Shown piece by piece: positions 46,203-61,100 of a stretch of 64,000 nt of DNA. This stretch comes from Tubiluchus corallicola (lineage: Eukaryota; Animalia; Priapulida): NCBI GenBank assembly GCA_030141605.1, contig JAQGDQ010002370.1:771167-835166 (forward strand). Direction: 5' to 3'. The translations under genes and the position numbers were made by a program. The notes beneath the pieces were generated by a model that saw only the letters and a program-made list of their open reading frames with translations, had not been told where the DNA came from and did no database searches. The number at the start of each line of letters is the position of its first letter. Within the stretch, counting starts at the first letter, position 1.

Positions 46203-47177
46203 GGTGCACGGTAAAAACGGCACAGGTAAAAAAATGGTACAGGAAAAAAGACGCAAAATTTAATGGAAAAATAGGAGAAAATGGAACAGTTAATAAAATA
46301 CTAGTTATGGTTAGGGTTACTGTTAGTTTCAATGCCGTTTGTTTGTTTATTTGTTTGTTTGTTTGTTTATACGCATGTATGTTTGTTTGTTTGTAAGTTT
46401 ATTTTTTTTTACCTTTCAATTATCAGTGTACAAAAAACTACAGCTCGTGAGTTAAGATTATGGTTATGATTAACTCCGCCAAGGAGATTATATTTTTATC
46501 ACCGTTGATTTGTTAGCAGGATTACGCAAAAACTACTTAAAACTAAACAGGATCCAATCTTAAACTGTAGGTCAAAACAATCTACTCTTTAAAAAATTGA
46601 AATGAAACATACTATTTTTCAAAAATGACTTACGTGAAAGAATTATTACCACACAAACGCAATTTCACATTCGCGCCACTGGTTCTTCGTTGTTTCATGC
46701 ATTTCACCATTCGTTAGTTAGACGGGCATTAGCGCCTGCAATCAGCAATCGCATTGCACAAAAAACAGGTGCTGTACCTCTCAGTTCAGATGTGTTAGTC
46801 TGTGACGAACTACACGTGTTCGACAGCTCATGCGTAGCACAGCGGTAAATTTGAAATTCTAATTTTTATCTTAAAACTTGCCTAGTTTTAGTACAACACA
46901 CTGAATATCTTACAGTAGCCCTGTACTTCAATTTTCGCTTTCGCAAACGCGTGTAACACACTCCTGGAATATATTTGCTGATGAAAATTATGTTAGTTTG
47001 TGATGTCATCAATAATTGGGTTCGCCCGCCTTTAATTAAGTTTTTAATTTATTATTTAATTATGAGAACCACTTTCTACTTTTTCCTACTTTTCCATTTG
47101 TGCCCTTTTAGCTGAGCCATTCTTACCGTGCCATTTTTCCTGCGTCATTGTACGTGTACCATTTTTACTACATATTC
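46203..47177. mobile_element. Family 1-related element, copy 3 (different interior)
   Basis: AAAAACGGCACAGG left array, GTGCCATTTTTCC right array, GGTTAGGGTTA, (GTTT)n and AACTCCGCCAAGGAG segment. Confidence 0.7.
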
Positions 47178-48323
47178 GTCCAGGTAGTATCTTGCGAAAT
47201 ACAAGAGTTTCGCATTAATAACAACTCTAATTATGGTCTGCTGTGAGGAATAGCTGCTGAAGGTAATATGGATATAGAGGTAATCTCTTATCAAATATTC
47301 ATATCCAGTGCAATCATGAGTGCATACAGTAACCGGCATTTGGGCATTATACTGTCCGGGGTATCATTACATTGCGTGTAATCACGCTCGAGGGCAACGT
47401 TTATAAAGAGACGAGAAGTGAAAGCACCCAATCTATGAAGCACCCATGATTATTCACTGAACTGATCAAGTTATTACCCTATATTCATATGCGCAACAAT
47501 AATAATTGTGCTGGGGTGGGTTTGCTATGCGCTACATAACTATTATTGCTATTTATCAGAAGACGTCTTACTCACTTTGGAGAGGAAACTTTACCTCAAG
47601 TAAAAAAATAAGATATTCAAACTTCGTACTATTTTGTCTTTCATATTAAACGTAGAATACCAGAAAAGTATAACAATATATATTATCACGTTGTGCATAG
47701 TTGCAATTCTTTTTTGGAAGGAGAAGAAGAAAGGAAGCTAAAGCTTATTGGGCCGCTCATAAAAGCGCGTGACTTAGAAAAAAACCTAAATTTTGTAGAA
47801 ATTTTTAATTATTAGAAATGGAGGCACTGAAGCAAATATAAGAGGTCAATAAGTTAGAAAGTGAAAAAAGTAAAGTCGAAAATTTTTATAAGGACTTTAC
47901 ATAACTCAGCAGAGTTACCAATTAGAGAGACGAAGGAACTCAACTAAACTAAAGGCGCTTATCTTTAATAGCTTTCCAGATGTACGTTTGACGTAAGTTG
48001 TTACATTCATTCCTCAATGCCAGCCAATCTCATCTAAAACAACAAGAGTAATCCTAATTTCAATCGAAAAGGATGTAAACCACCTCAGCATCCCAATTGT
48101 AATCCATTACATTATACTCATCAGGTTACTACACGATTTACTGGGCGAACGCCAGAAAGACAATTTCACAAAAAAATCACAAAAGACTAGGCTTGGAGCA
48201 TAGAAGAAGCAAGTATAGCAATTTCGAAGAGGGGTTTTCGAGCTGAGTGACTCTTACGTGATCACAACGTAGATTTAGTGACTGAAGTTAGGCAGTACCG
48301 AACCTGGTCAGTAATGGATGGAG

Positions 48324-48551
48324 GAAAGCCGGAAAAATTCCTTCTGGGTGATTTTTAACTTCCATACTGTAAAGTTTTTATGATATTTTTGAGTAGAATA
48401 TTGAAAGGATACCAATTTATAGTGATTTCTATTTACAGAAAGCCGGAAAAATTCCTTCTGGGTGATTTTTAACTTCCATACTGTAAAGTTTTTATGATAT
48501 TTTTTAGTAGAATATTGAAAGGATACCAATTTATAGTGATTTCTATTTACA
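48324..48551 (+). repeat. Tandem duplication, period 114 bp
   Basis: GAAAGCCGGAAAAATTCC...ATTTACA starts at 48324 and 48438; one substitution seen. Confidence 0.95.
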
Positions 48552-49497
48552 GAGCAATGCCATTAGGTTTGCACAATGCGCCCTACCAATGTGTCTCCAA
48601 AATTTAACTAATAAACTTTGGAAATTTAGTGAAAAAGTAATACAAGTTAGTGTATCAGCACTTAAAAAAAGCCTCACATATCTCGCAACGCTGAAAATCT
48701 GAAAAGCATGCACATAGAAATACAAGTATGTGCAGTTCGCCCCTGCATGCCGCTAGTGATGGAATTATAATTCATTTATTCAAATCCTTTCCTTATTTTA
48801 CAACCACTTCGTCCCTACTAAAACAGTAAAACAACAAAAAAACAAAGAACTTATTTTTAAAACACATCAAGTTGATTTCCCTACTCATGAATTGAATAAA
48901 TTGAGCGAATTGGACAGAAACACAAAAAATCATTGCAAAAGTCAGTAAAGTAATGCAAAATGCTTTAAAGGTTAAAATTAAAGGTACGAATGGTCACGAA
49001 TCTTGATAAAATTTTAAGCAACGAATAGTGAAAAATTTCATGTTGTTGTTAAGTAAAACAGCTAGGTTTAGTAAGCGTACCAAAACAATGTCAAAATTTT
49101 TATAACAAATCTTTATTAAATATGTTATTATCAAATATTAGTATATATATATATGCACCGGGTTGTGCTAAGACAAATGCTGGTTTATGTGAGTATGTAT
49201 ACGTATTGATTAATCATAAAGCGTATACTGAATGCTATACAGTATTAGGAAAACGGTCTAATTAGCCACAACTGACACGTGGCTTCATGATAAATTTCCA
49301 TAAACGCAAATTATTGTAACATCATACAAGGCGTTCTGTTATAATATTTAAGAGCAATTCGCTGTGTTGTAGACGCAAATCAAAGTTTATTGTGACTCCT
49401 GTTTAAATTATTTTGCCTGCAATTTTTGCATTTATACAGCAAGATAAAATATGCGTTATGTCAAAAATTATGAAGAAAATAAATTCAATTAGAGAAT

Positions 49498-49555
49498 GTC
49501 ATAACGCGTGACCTATAATCATCAGGTTCTGGGTTCGATTATGGGTTGGTTCACA
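49498..49555 (+). mobile_element. Degenerate tRNA-like SINE head
   Basis: B-box-like GGGTTCGATT preceded by a tRNA-like anticodon/variable arm; weak. Confidence 0.3.
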
Positions 49556-50646
49556 ATTTTAACGCCTTTTCGTTCTTTAATTAACTAACCGTTAAGTTAA
49601 TTGTTGATTATGTATAAATCGTAAGGTTTCTTAACACTGGCTTATTGCTATTTGATTTCTAAAAATCTATCGTTAAGTACGGACAACTAATTTGAGTAAG
49701 TCCATTAGACTTCTACACGTAGGATTCTTGCACCAAAAAACTTATTTAAACAAAGATTTCGTTAATATTCGTCATCTAGTGTAACTTTTTTGTTTACAGT
49801 GTGTTAAGTCTACAGCGAATACGTCTTTTCATTGCAATGCAATTAAAAGACAACTTAGCAAAGAACTTGCAATTGTTATAACACACACACACATTTGCTT
49901 AAACTGTCTTTTGAAGGTGCAATAGTAAAACTAAATTCAATTTCAAATTGTTTCGAATTATAACAGCGTAAAAATAACGAAGTCTTTTTTTCATTAAGCA
50001 AGTCCTCATTGTTAAACGAATTTGCGAAGAAAAACGTTTTTTACACAAATATTCAGTAAATTGCTTCGCGCTTAAACGCGATTTCCAATCATCACGAAAA
50101 TACAAGCGAAACAAGCTGGAATTCCAAAAATGCGTGCATCATAACAATAATAAAACCATGCGGTAATTTCTGTTGAACGAATATGCAGCATTCGCCAATC
50201 GGCATGATTTCCCTTCAGAAAACGTTTCATGTTTTCGTTGACACAGTGAACGTATATAACGCGAATACTTGTCCCAAGAGGCGCTGCATTCATGGAAATT
50301 ATACCCGCAAACAACAGAACAAGCTGTTAAAACACTAACTGCTTTTTTTGATACATTTACACATTCGACTATATCGTTTTTATTACCGGAGCTCTTTAGT
50401 GCTAAAATCATTATATACAGCGTTACTATTTAGTAACACTACGGATTCCTTATTACATAGGCCAGGTCACTTATGTAGAGCAGCTACAGAAGACAATTGA
50501 AATAATAGAAAATACAGTCATGTAGTCCGAAAAATATAATAGAATAAAAAAACTGAGCAATATATTTGTAGCAAAACGCTACATATTATTTAATTTTATG
50601 TATTAGCAACAACTGCATATCATTCCATCGTGACACAAAGAACACA

Positions 50647-50663
50647 CTCTTTCTCTCTCTCTC

Positions 50664-50710
<47 letters not shown>

Positions 50711-50770
50711 GCTCTTTCTCTGTCTTTCTCTCTCTCTTTCCTTCTCTCCCTCTCTAGCTTCCTCTCCCTT
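50647..50770 (+). repeat. Degenerate (CT)n tract
   Basis: Directly visible. Confidence 0.9.
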
Positions 50771-52238
50771 TTTAACCAATATCAATAATAAAAAACTATT
50801 GACGAGTATCATTGTGTTGATACTCTGTGTTGATACTCTTCCTCTTTTCGGGTTCTTTGAATTTTCCACTCGCGTATCGCTGCTTTTCTTTTCCTCGTAA
50901 TTACCGGCTGCGTCTCTCCTCTCGCTTTCTCACATCGATATCAGATTTGGAATCCCTGATTTAAGACGCCATAACTCTACAGTTTTACAGTGTCATTAGG
51001 GCGACAACCATTCAATAAATTGATGAAGCCTGCTGCACAAGCCTGACAAATAACCCTGTCACAGCTCATAGCTCGTATATACTATTACAAGAAAAATGTG
51101 AAAAATCAAAAATGATAATAAAGGATATATCAGATGTAACAATTCCGTACAATATTGTACGCCTACTTTTGTATATGTTGCAGTATAAGAGTCATTTGTG
51201 GTTAATAAATAATGTGTCATGATAAAAAAACCAATATTGTTCTAGTGGCAAACAGTTTAGACTTTTAAGTATAAGGCCAACTTAATATTACTATGTAAAA
51301 CATAGCAAATTTCTTTTAAACATAAACATAGTAAGCCAAATTAAGTAGAAGAAGATAGATCATTCTGTCTTGCGGAAATCATACATCACTAATATACGAC
51401 AACTGCCATGACAAAATAAATTTTATCTTATCTCGTCCCATCTCATCTTCGTATGTATACGTTTACAAGAAATTCACTTATATTTTACATAATTACTATA
51501 TAAAGTAACATTAAGATAATATAGTATTAGTAGTAATACAGGGCCTATTGTGTATGCACTAAGGATACATTTTTGTCTTATTATGCATTCTTTGGGTGAT
51601 TTCCCTATAGTTTCTACAAAATCATACTAATTTACATTTGCGTTAAAATGGGTTTGAATGTGCTAATGTTTAATTACAATTGATAGTAAAATCATTTTTG
51701 CAAGTTTCTGAAACTCACTGATAACTGCGGAAGAGAATACCCATGTGGTCACGTTGTGTACTTGGTTGCAAAGAAAAGCAACACATGAGTTAGTTATTGG
51801 TGACTGGTGACTGGGCATCTATTAAAAAATTATAGTTTCGATTTTCTAAAGCTAAGTGCAATCCCTAAGGAATCAAGCCCGGCGAATTCAAGGCAGGCAA
51901 TATTATGCCCTTCAGAGCCTTGACTTATGGGCCGCTCGTGGAAAATGAACACGTTCTGATTTCACTGAGCTTTTAATGTCAAGCACAACAGTACTTGCCT
52001 ACATGATAATAACTACTATAAAAAATTATTTGAAAAACAAATGCTGTCATTTACAGTATCTCATGTCACGGAAGCAGAATCTTACCACAGTTTTTAACAC
52101 AGTCAAAACGGTTCAACTGGTTACATATATTTTTAACATCAGCGCAATTCAAGTACATTGTAGATTTGTTTTTAAAAGAAAATATTATCGTCTTAAATGA
52201 CTTTATACATTATATGTATATACACACCAATAATTTAC

Positions 52239-52296
52239 CTGCTGAAATACCGCAGAGAAGTAGAGCAATGGAAGCGAAACAAACTCCTTTCATCAT
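52239..52296 (-). CDS. Signal-peptide first exon (MMKGVCFASIALLLCGISA + phase 1), probably exon 1 of Ly6 paralog B
   Basis: aaaATGATG start, hydrophobic core, CAG|GTAAAT donor in phase 1. Joining to 20693 gives ...CGISAVTS-LKCYEC (147 aa). The exon looks real; its partner exon is inferred. Confidence 0.6.
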
Positions 52297-52423
52297 TTTG
52301 CCTTCTCTTTTCTGCAACTTATCAATTATATTTGCAGACTGGGGAATATTTTCTTAAATCATTTAGCGCATATCAGTCCATTCTGTCATATCACATCCAC
52401 ATGTTCATCAAAAAGGTTTTGCC

Positions 52424-52431
52424 CTTATATA
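52424..52431 (-). promoter_or_regulatory. Candidate TATA box (TATATAAG) upstream of the signal-peptide exon at 52296
   Basis: Consensus TATAWAAR about 130 bp upstream of the ATG. Confidence 0.35.
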
Positions 52432-53847
52432 ATCAGTAAAGCTCTTTAATGTACCATCATCGCTGACGCGATGCAATGCTAAGTAAGCATGTTACATTTA
52501 CCTGCAATGCGAGTCCCTTGGGCGTCTGCTTCCACTACGCATGCGCACTTTGTGTTCAATTTGAAGCGGTATTTATTGTCAGTTTAGACCAAACAATATT
52601 TAATCTTGTACAGTAACCGAGGGCATAAAATTGTGTTATTACTCTGAAATTGCTTCGGTGGGATGTATTTAGCCTGCCTTTTTATTTAAGCATTAGTGGC
52701 CACTTGAATTTATTGCAACTATTTGCCACGTCCCGAATAGCATAGGGAAATGACATCTAAATATATTTGAAATTCAAATAGATTGGCACTAAAAATTAAT
52801 TAACGCAGGATATTAAACTTGTTTAAACACTACAAAATAAGCAGAAAAAAGTAAAAAAATATGTTGGTTCGCTGAAGTTAATGCTTTGTTTATTGACAGT
52901 CCGAAATAAAATCCGATAGTTAACAAAAAATACATATAAATAAACAAGCCAAATGTCTATATTAAGCAAGAAACTTTGCAAATATATTGTTAAAATTGTG
53001 CACTTAATTTTCTGTTAGTTCGATGCTGATTTCTATTGATGGTACCATTAACATAGTAAACACCAGTTTCTGGTGGGGAAGCGCTCACTGTCATGCAAAA
53101 TATGAGCACCGGCAACAGAAAGATTTGCAGGTGAATATTCGCTTAAAAATGCTAACAGTACTACACCGTTATGTTGATATGTTTTTGTTTATAGTTGAAA
53201 ATATAGCTAAAAATAAATTAATTTATACGAAGGAGCATAATCTAAGCATCTCCTTGATTAACCTACAGTTCCTAATTCAACGAATTACATTACCAATGGA
53301 ATTTACATTCACTAAATTATCAATTCGAAATGCAGGTCTTCGTGCAAAGCTATATCTATACCTGCTTTCTTACCGAAATGACATTAGCAAATCAAATAAC
53401 AAAAGTGCACGTTATTACTATAAAGTCAAATGCACTTTGAATTTAAATGATCAACAGTTTAAATTAAAAATGTTGCACAACTGAAAATGCCCACCACTGT
53501 GATTTAAATAATTACACGTGTAACGTTAACTTATGCAGAGACATATTGAAAATGACTTTTCAAAATTACCTTATACAGATCTCAGATCAATGGTTATTAC
53601 AAGTAGGCCTACATGCTACTAGTAACTAGAATGAAACATCCTACCACAACGTTTAAAACAGTTTTACTTAGTTGCAGGTAAATTTATTTGAATGTCTTTA
53701 CATCTATTTTAAAGACGTTTCATGCGGTATTACTGACTGCAATTTAAAGCTTGCGTGCTTTTATTGCAGTCAATTTAAAAGATCAATCTGATCACAAATC
53801 GGTGATTTGACAAACCTCGAAGTACTAAAATTTATCACAGCAAACAT

Positions 53848-54025
53848 TTACATAAGTCTCGTATTCATACCATCAAAACGCTTTCCCGTGTATTTCATAT
53901 ATGCAGCTAGAACTACCACTGTTAACAAAATGCCCAACAGTATCATGCCAAAAGCCAACCCAACAGCACCACCTATAGGAACAAATAAAAGTATAATAAA
54001 TAGACTAGCCATGAAAATTTTTTCA

Positions 54026-54061
<36 letters not shown>

Positions 54062-55151
54062 TGTATGTATGTATGTATGTATGTATGTATGTATGTATGT
54101 ATGTGTGATTGTTCGGGCGAAAGGCCGCAGATACCCGAAAACCACCTTTTGACGTAGCGTGTGCCGAAAGGTGTAAACTAATTATTTATGCTAATTTTAA
54201 GATATGTTCACAAGATGTACATATAAGATAAGCAAGTAATGACATGTTACAACAAATTTAATAAGATTCCAAATATTCAAAAAAATGACAATGAACATCA
54301 ATATACAAAAAAGGAAAACCATTTCCCCAGAATATTGGCGATCTACTCGGATTTTGCTGAGTATTCACTGGCGGTACAACGGTTCACACTGACAGTCACA
54401 GCTTACAGATTTTTGCATGACAGTGTCGCACAGACGACGTTCCCAACGTGGTAAACATTTTAACGTCTACGTGAAGATAACAGGATCTCCTTTAACGCCT
54501 ACGTGAAGATAACACTCCTCAAGTGAATCTGACCGATTAACAGTCTACCATCCCTATGGTGTTAACCCAACAAATGGCAATTAGCAATTGGTGATTTACG
54601 AGAGTAATAACTTAAGTAGAAGTACGTCTAAGTATACCGTTACGTCTTTCTGTGATCTGCTAACGTCTCCTCGGGTCCGTGAAACTTGAACCAGAACTCA
54701 GGGACCACATCACATGTCTTGACATCAAACTGAGACAGGATACAAGACGGAAGGTACTTAACGTATAGACGTACCTCCGTTTAACAAAGGAAAACCATTC
54801 TCTAGTACTACATGGCATACAATCGGCAGGTAAAAAAATCCAGGTCGCACTGCTCACGTGAACGTCTGGCTTCAGTGATTTAATTTTAACGTAAAGATCT
54901 TCCTCTACAATGGAATACTCGTGTACCCACCCAAGTGACCTAGCTACCAGAGGTAGTAATTTATGAGATCAAAATACAATTTTGTAGAACACCAAATTAA
55001 ATTAAAAAGGCAAAAAAAGTAAATTTTATCTTTTCATCATCAGCAATGTGCACGGTTGTTAGGCTAGTGATTCCCTACTGGACCATCACAGTGTGTATGT
55101 AACGCACCCAAAAATAAAAAAAAATTTATGTCTCTCTCTCTCCTTCTCTCC

Positions 55152-55195
<44 letters not shown>

Positions 55196-58100
55196 ATATT
55201 TATTATATGTATATGCTAATCACGCATACTATTATGTATATTAACTGTTAAGACACTGGCAGAGTAAAACCTAATATACCTGAAAACAAACATTAGACAT
55301 TACAATGGCTAAATTCTGTTATGCGCTTGTGACTTGCAGCACTTCTAAAGTCTAAATCAGTTTTTAATAGTAAACGAAGCTAAACAGCACTAACTGTCAA
55401 TGAACAAAAACAGAGTAAGCTGCTGATTTACTGTGCATTTTTCTAATGGCCCCTCACGTGCCAAAGAACTTCAAAATAAAACGAAAATAAATATGCTAAG
55501 AAATACTCGATTTTCTAAAAATACCTAATCAGGTAGTTAATGGACGTATAATTTGGAAGTATCAGTCAGTATAGTAAGATATGTTCAAGAATACGCCCAC
55601 TATACTGTCAAAATTTTCTAAATAACAAGCAAATAAGCTTAAAATTTTATTAGGCATTATACAAACTGTCACGGCCATGCGATGCATGACCGCTAACTAA
55701 CTGGCCGATATACAAGGCCATTCATCACTATAAGATTTTGAACAGTATAGAAGCCATTGGATACTATGCATTATATACAAGGTCATTCCATCTAGGCTAA
55801 TGTTTGCCCACCTCATTCAGGTACCGAATTTTTTGTTAAACGGATGTCTATCTAGGCCGTTTTTACCTGGTCACCATAGTTGGTACCTTTCTTCTGTTCG
55901 TCATATGTTTGAGACACGTTTTGTCTATGAGTTTTATTTTGGCATTAATGGCAAAATTCAGTTGATGTCCTGTGAGAGACAATAGTTAAATGCACAATGT
56001 TGTATCGACACCGTTTACGTAGCACCAGCACGACTCAGGAGTGAAGTAATTGCCTTGTCATATTTCACTTAGAGGAACTCTTGGACAACCCACCCTGGGA
56101 GGGATTCTGAAACTTTCAGAGCATTGGTGGAGTGTTCCCATAGTGGTGGAGTTCACAGTATCCTGGTTACGCTATTCGGCGGTAGAGGAGACGCAGAGAT
56201 ACAACTACGATTCCAGATTAAACTACTTGTGGCGTGTAAGGACTCATGGATCGGCTACATTGTGGAGCTCCTCCTTATTCCAGTAGGGGATCGTGGCTTT
56301 GGGACTGTAAACCGTCCTTGGTGCATCCTGGAAGAGCCGGCCATCGGGAACTACATATAAACATGAGTATACTCCTTGCTGCTTGTTAAATCTGGGCCCA
56401 GTAGGTAGTAGGTATTGTTTTCTCCTCTATGTACAATTGTTCTTTGCTTTGTTCTTGTTTAATAATATACTGCATGATTTGCACAGCATCCGTGTGTTTA
56501 ATAGTTCTATTTCAAACTTAGTGTAAACGTTTTACGATTAACAACTCGATGATTATGTTTAGTAAAATGATCGGGTCCTATAGGAGAATTGCCCCAACAT
56601 GAACCCAAACGCTTGGTGATGAAATTAGCAGAAATGATTACCCTGTTATGTTAGTAAATTACGAGCTCTGTCTGTTTAGTGTTTCCTGTTTAGTCGCTCA
56701 CACTCACGGAGAACATGTGAGCCGAGCTTTAGATTTGAGACACTGACGTTAAATTACCCTAGACTAGTTATAATATGTTAGTTTTATTCCCACAAACTGT
56801 CACACAAACATATGCATACGAATCCGATGATTTTATGACTTATAAAAGCATGTTCTTCGAAGATCATACTATTTACTAATTTTTTAGTAGTTTACAACAA
56901 ATACCTGTAGACAACCCGGGTGGGTTTTCAGTTGGAGTAATGGTTTCGTTGTCAGGCTTAACTTCACATACCATATGTGAATTACTCCCTACAAGTGTTC
57001 CATCCAGATATCGGTCGCCTAAAACATCCAAAACTTCCATCAATTATTGCAGTTCATTGGTTTTCGGTTACTCGCTGGCAAGCTAATCTTGTAGCCAGAT
57101 CTTATTCGCCGTGAAGCCGGTCTCGTTCTTGTTGCTCCCACAATAACAATAAGTTCTTAGCCAGTTTTATACTGTGGCGTCACAATGGAGTAAATTTTAT
57201 TCTAAATTTTGCGACAAAACGAATTCTATGGCAACGCCAAACGGCGTTCTAATAAACTTATTCATCAAAAGGATACTGTGACAATCTAAATGGCATTCTA
57301 AATGACATATCCAGATAGTTGAGCAGAAAAAAATCAATAAACGAGTAACCCATTGTTTCGTCTTCCGAAAATCTGAAAGACGCAATGGTGCACTTTGGTA
57401 ATCAGAGTGAAGTGCAACTGGCGAACCAACCAAATCTGCACAAATGACACCATGCACAAATTACTAAAGCACGCATCAAAGCCAACACTTCGCTAATATC
57501 AACCGGTTTTTCAAAAAACAGATAGCTCTGTTACTAAGTATACACAAACAAACTGTTACTACATTTACTGCAATTAAACCTCCTTTTATTACTAATTGGT
57601 TATAACTTTTTTACTAATATTTTCCCACTAAAGCTGCCTCGTGCTTCATTTAAGGAGGCTATACTAATTATTATAAAAGAACTGGCTCACAGGTACATAT
57701 AAGCCCTATGTGAGAGACTGTTACTTCATGATGCCCAAAGTAAAAAAAATCATGTTTCACTAGCTTTACTACGTTTTACCTGTGAGAAAATCATAACAAG
57801 ATATAACAAACTAATTTGGGCTTAAAAATAAAGCTATTAGTAATAATGAAACACTGAGTAACATCATCATGGCTCTGGTATTCTTGATAAATAAATGGTT
57901 TAACTGGGTAAACAACAACAACAACTTTCCTAGCCAAGAACAGACTGCCAAAAGACAAGGTAAGCTTGCCCTGTCAGTATAACATGACATAAAGACGCCA
58001 AGTCAGGACCACATGAATACAGTTTAAAAAGAGAGTATGGGGGGGGGTAGGGTAAAGAATGAGTGAACACTAAAGTAAATAACCTAAAATCTTTCACACC

Positions 58101-61100
58101 CTACATCTGGGCAGAATGCCGTTGGAAATTTACTAACGCTAGACAGATGATTTTGTAGAAAGGCTTAGAAAAACACATACATCGGAAGAATAATTAGAAA
58201 TAAGAATGCATTCTACAAATAAGATTCAAAATGCTACGTAGCCAAATCAGTAAGCTGCATGAAGGCTTATTAAAATTACTAATACTGTGCTGACTGGCAA
58301 ACTCTACGCTTATGGAGTGAAATAGGAAAACAAGCTACATTGTTTTCACAACTGTGAATTCGTTTTAAAGATTAAAATTGACAATACTTAGTGATACTAA
58401 AACTGTTTAAATCCATACGTGAATAATGATCACATAACATGTAGTCTTCGAGTTGTGCATTGGAATCTTGGAGATTAGCGGATTCGAGTATGCAGTAAGT
58501 TGCAACTAATCCTGGACGTCCTGTACACATATCGAACGAGCGACAGTCAAAGTTGGACTCCTAAACATAGAAATGGTTTTGCATTTAACGCGAGTAAATG
58601 TAGCTCTTTAGCCTAGGTCGATATTTCACTTAGTGATAGTATCTAAATATGGCTGCGCTTCATACACATAAAATTCACGTACATAAAGTGTAAATGATTT
58701 TGTTACAGTACTTTAGTAAAAATACATTGACCTGTAAGTGCGAGCAGTTTTGGTAATTCCAGCTTAGGAAAAATAGCGTATAGTAGCAACTATATTATTA
58801 TTCTCTGCTAAACGCATACAAACGTGTAAGATACTGCAGACAAGGTATCCAGAATCTGCTAAATACTGTCGAGAAACTGGCCATTCACTCATCAAGTGAG
58901 AAAATGCCGTATAACCATATAATCAGAGGCACGCATGGATAGCCCATGGTACTCTACTAGTAGGCCTGCCTATCTATCTGCTACCTATCCATCTATCTAT
59001 CTTTACGTCCATCTGTCAGTCGACCTGTCTGCTCTCATTACTATTCCATTACTGCAACTGTCACAATCCGTGGGAATAAGTTCCTTTGGGTTTTTGGATT
59101 TCCTCTAATCTTCTTGTAAGCTCATAAAAATTTTTGAGAAGTGACTAACATGTGATCTAATTTACTTTTCTTGCGTTACACATAATAAAAAATAAACACA
59201 CTTCAACGTCACACATAATAAAAAATAAACACACTCATCTTCATCGTCAACACAATTATAACCATTACTTGAGTTAGAAACGAAGTCATTTTTAAGCCTT
59301 TATTATTAGTGTTTTATCTGTAATATTATTACTATACGAATAAACGTCTATGTTAATGTTGTTTCTTAGAGCACAAACCTCTACACAAAACTTAGCACAC
59401 TCATCTGGATAGGATTCTTGGATATACAGTTCTTGGCTTGACCCGTCTTCTACATAAAGCGATTTGTTTTGGTATTTGGTAAAGTCGACCAAGTAGCCTC
59501 CTAAAAGATTTTGGAATAATAATAAAATTGTTAACGGGTAAAAATATAAATCACGAGTAATTATTAAAACAACCTTTAACGTTAAAGGACTTGTATAGGC
59601 GCCTCATAGTTATATACAGCCTAACAAATTTATTATTTTTTTATTTTAAATTTATTTCATTTAAATACATTTAAAAGCACACAGCGTTATGTAACAAATT
59701 AGCAAAAACTCAGCTATACTATAAAATTACAATAGAAACTAATAAAATATTTACCTATATATACATACATACACCCAGAACAGAAAACGTAGAACACAAG
59801 ACAGATCATTAAAAAATACAACACACAGATGCATAAAACCCAACAAAAGTCACCATTAAAATGGTAAAAGATGTTGACCTCATAGTGCAAAATGTAGTTT
59901 GTACAAATTCGTTCATATATATGTTTTGTGATGTGCAAAGTAGGATCCTGTTATATTTCGTGTAGTTTCATAGTTAGGAATATTAAAATTTACCAATTTT
60001 TCTCATACACTATATAATCCCACGAAGAGCCTACGAAATGCCCTATTGTGAGCCACCTTTAAAAAGTGTAGTTGTATTGGAAAAAGTTGCACATTAAGGC
60101 ACATGCGAAAAAATTGACGTATACTATTTGAACATCATTCGTATTTACACAATACTTAACCAATAACGTATTTGCCTTTACATAAAGACCTCTTGACTGC
60201 GCTTTTTCAAAAGAGTAAAACAAACATTTTATAAACTTACTACAACATTTTAATTTCTTACTAGTGTAAAAATCGCATGGTGCATTTTCTGTAAGATTTG
60301 TCGAAGATCCGTAATCCAAAAGATGTGTTTTAAACATGTAACATTTGGTAAGCACGATGTCCTTAGTCCCTTGTTCATCATACGAGCAGAATTCGAACGA
60401 CAAACAAGGCAACTCTTTCTGAAAATAATCAAACAAATATTAAAAGAAAGTCTGCCAAACTCAATGACTAGAATTTGGGAGTTCATCCGGTGGCCCCGAT
60501 TATTCCACTAGATGTCAGTTTACCAAAAATGCTGTTCAAAATGGAGTAAAATAGGTGGATTAAATGATAACTCCATAGGTGGATCCAATGCCACCCGCTG
60601 GAATTATCAGTCTTTACGGTTAATATTAGGAGCGTAAATAAGTTCGCTAGAAATCAGAGGACACACAAAATGTTAATAGAGAAATATTTTGTACTGCGTA
60701 CATAGCAAAAGACCATTTTAGAGTTTTACGTTGATGTGCTATTTCATCTTGCTTGCTATTTCGAGGACAATTCAAAGAAAAGATTTTTTATTTAATTTAA
60801 AACGGTGCAAGATTGCGTCATAAAGACATACAAGCATATACAAGGCTATTCTAACATACGGCATTCCATTTTCATCATCCCAAATTTCTGAAGGAGGGAT
60901 TTCTGAAAATTCTTGTAGTTACAAACAATCGGCGGGTAGGTGTTGACTTTTCTCGCTGTTTAAGTGTTTCAAATCATTTAACAGTTTGCATACTGATCTT
61001 GTAGGTCCTTTGTTTCTCAATCACTCATATCTATTCTCTACGTCTTTTGGCCCCTTCCCCACCCCTTCTCTGTTAACATATAAGCATTTTTGACAAATAA

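Noticed and set aside
53023-53484. 153-aa + strand ORF
   Set aside because: No domain or splice support; lies antisense in the likely 3' UTR/spacer of the PAN gene.
53807-54157. 116-aa + strand ORF
   Set aside because: Antisense of the real transmembrane exon plus an (ATGT)n tract.
55660-56800. GC-richer island, possibly LTR/gag remnant
   Set aside because: No paired LTR, primer-binding site or protein motif could be established.
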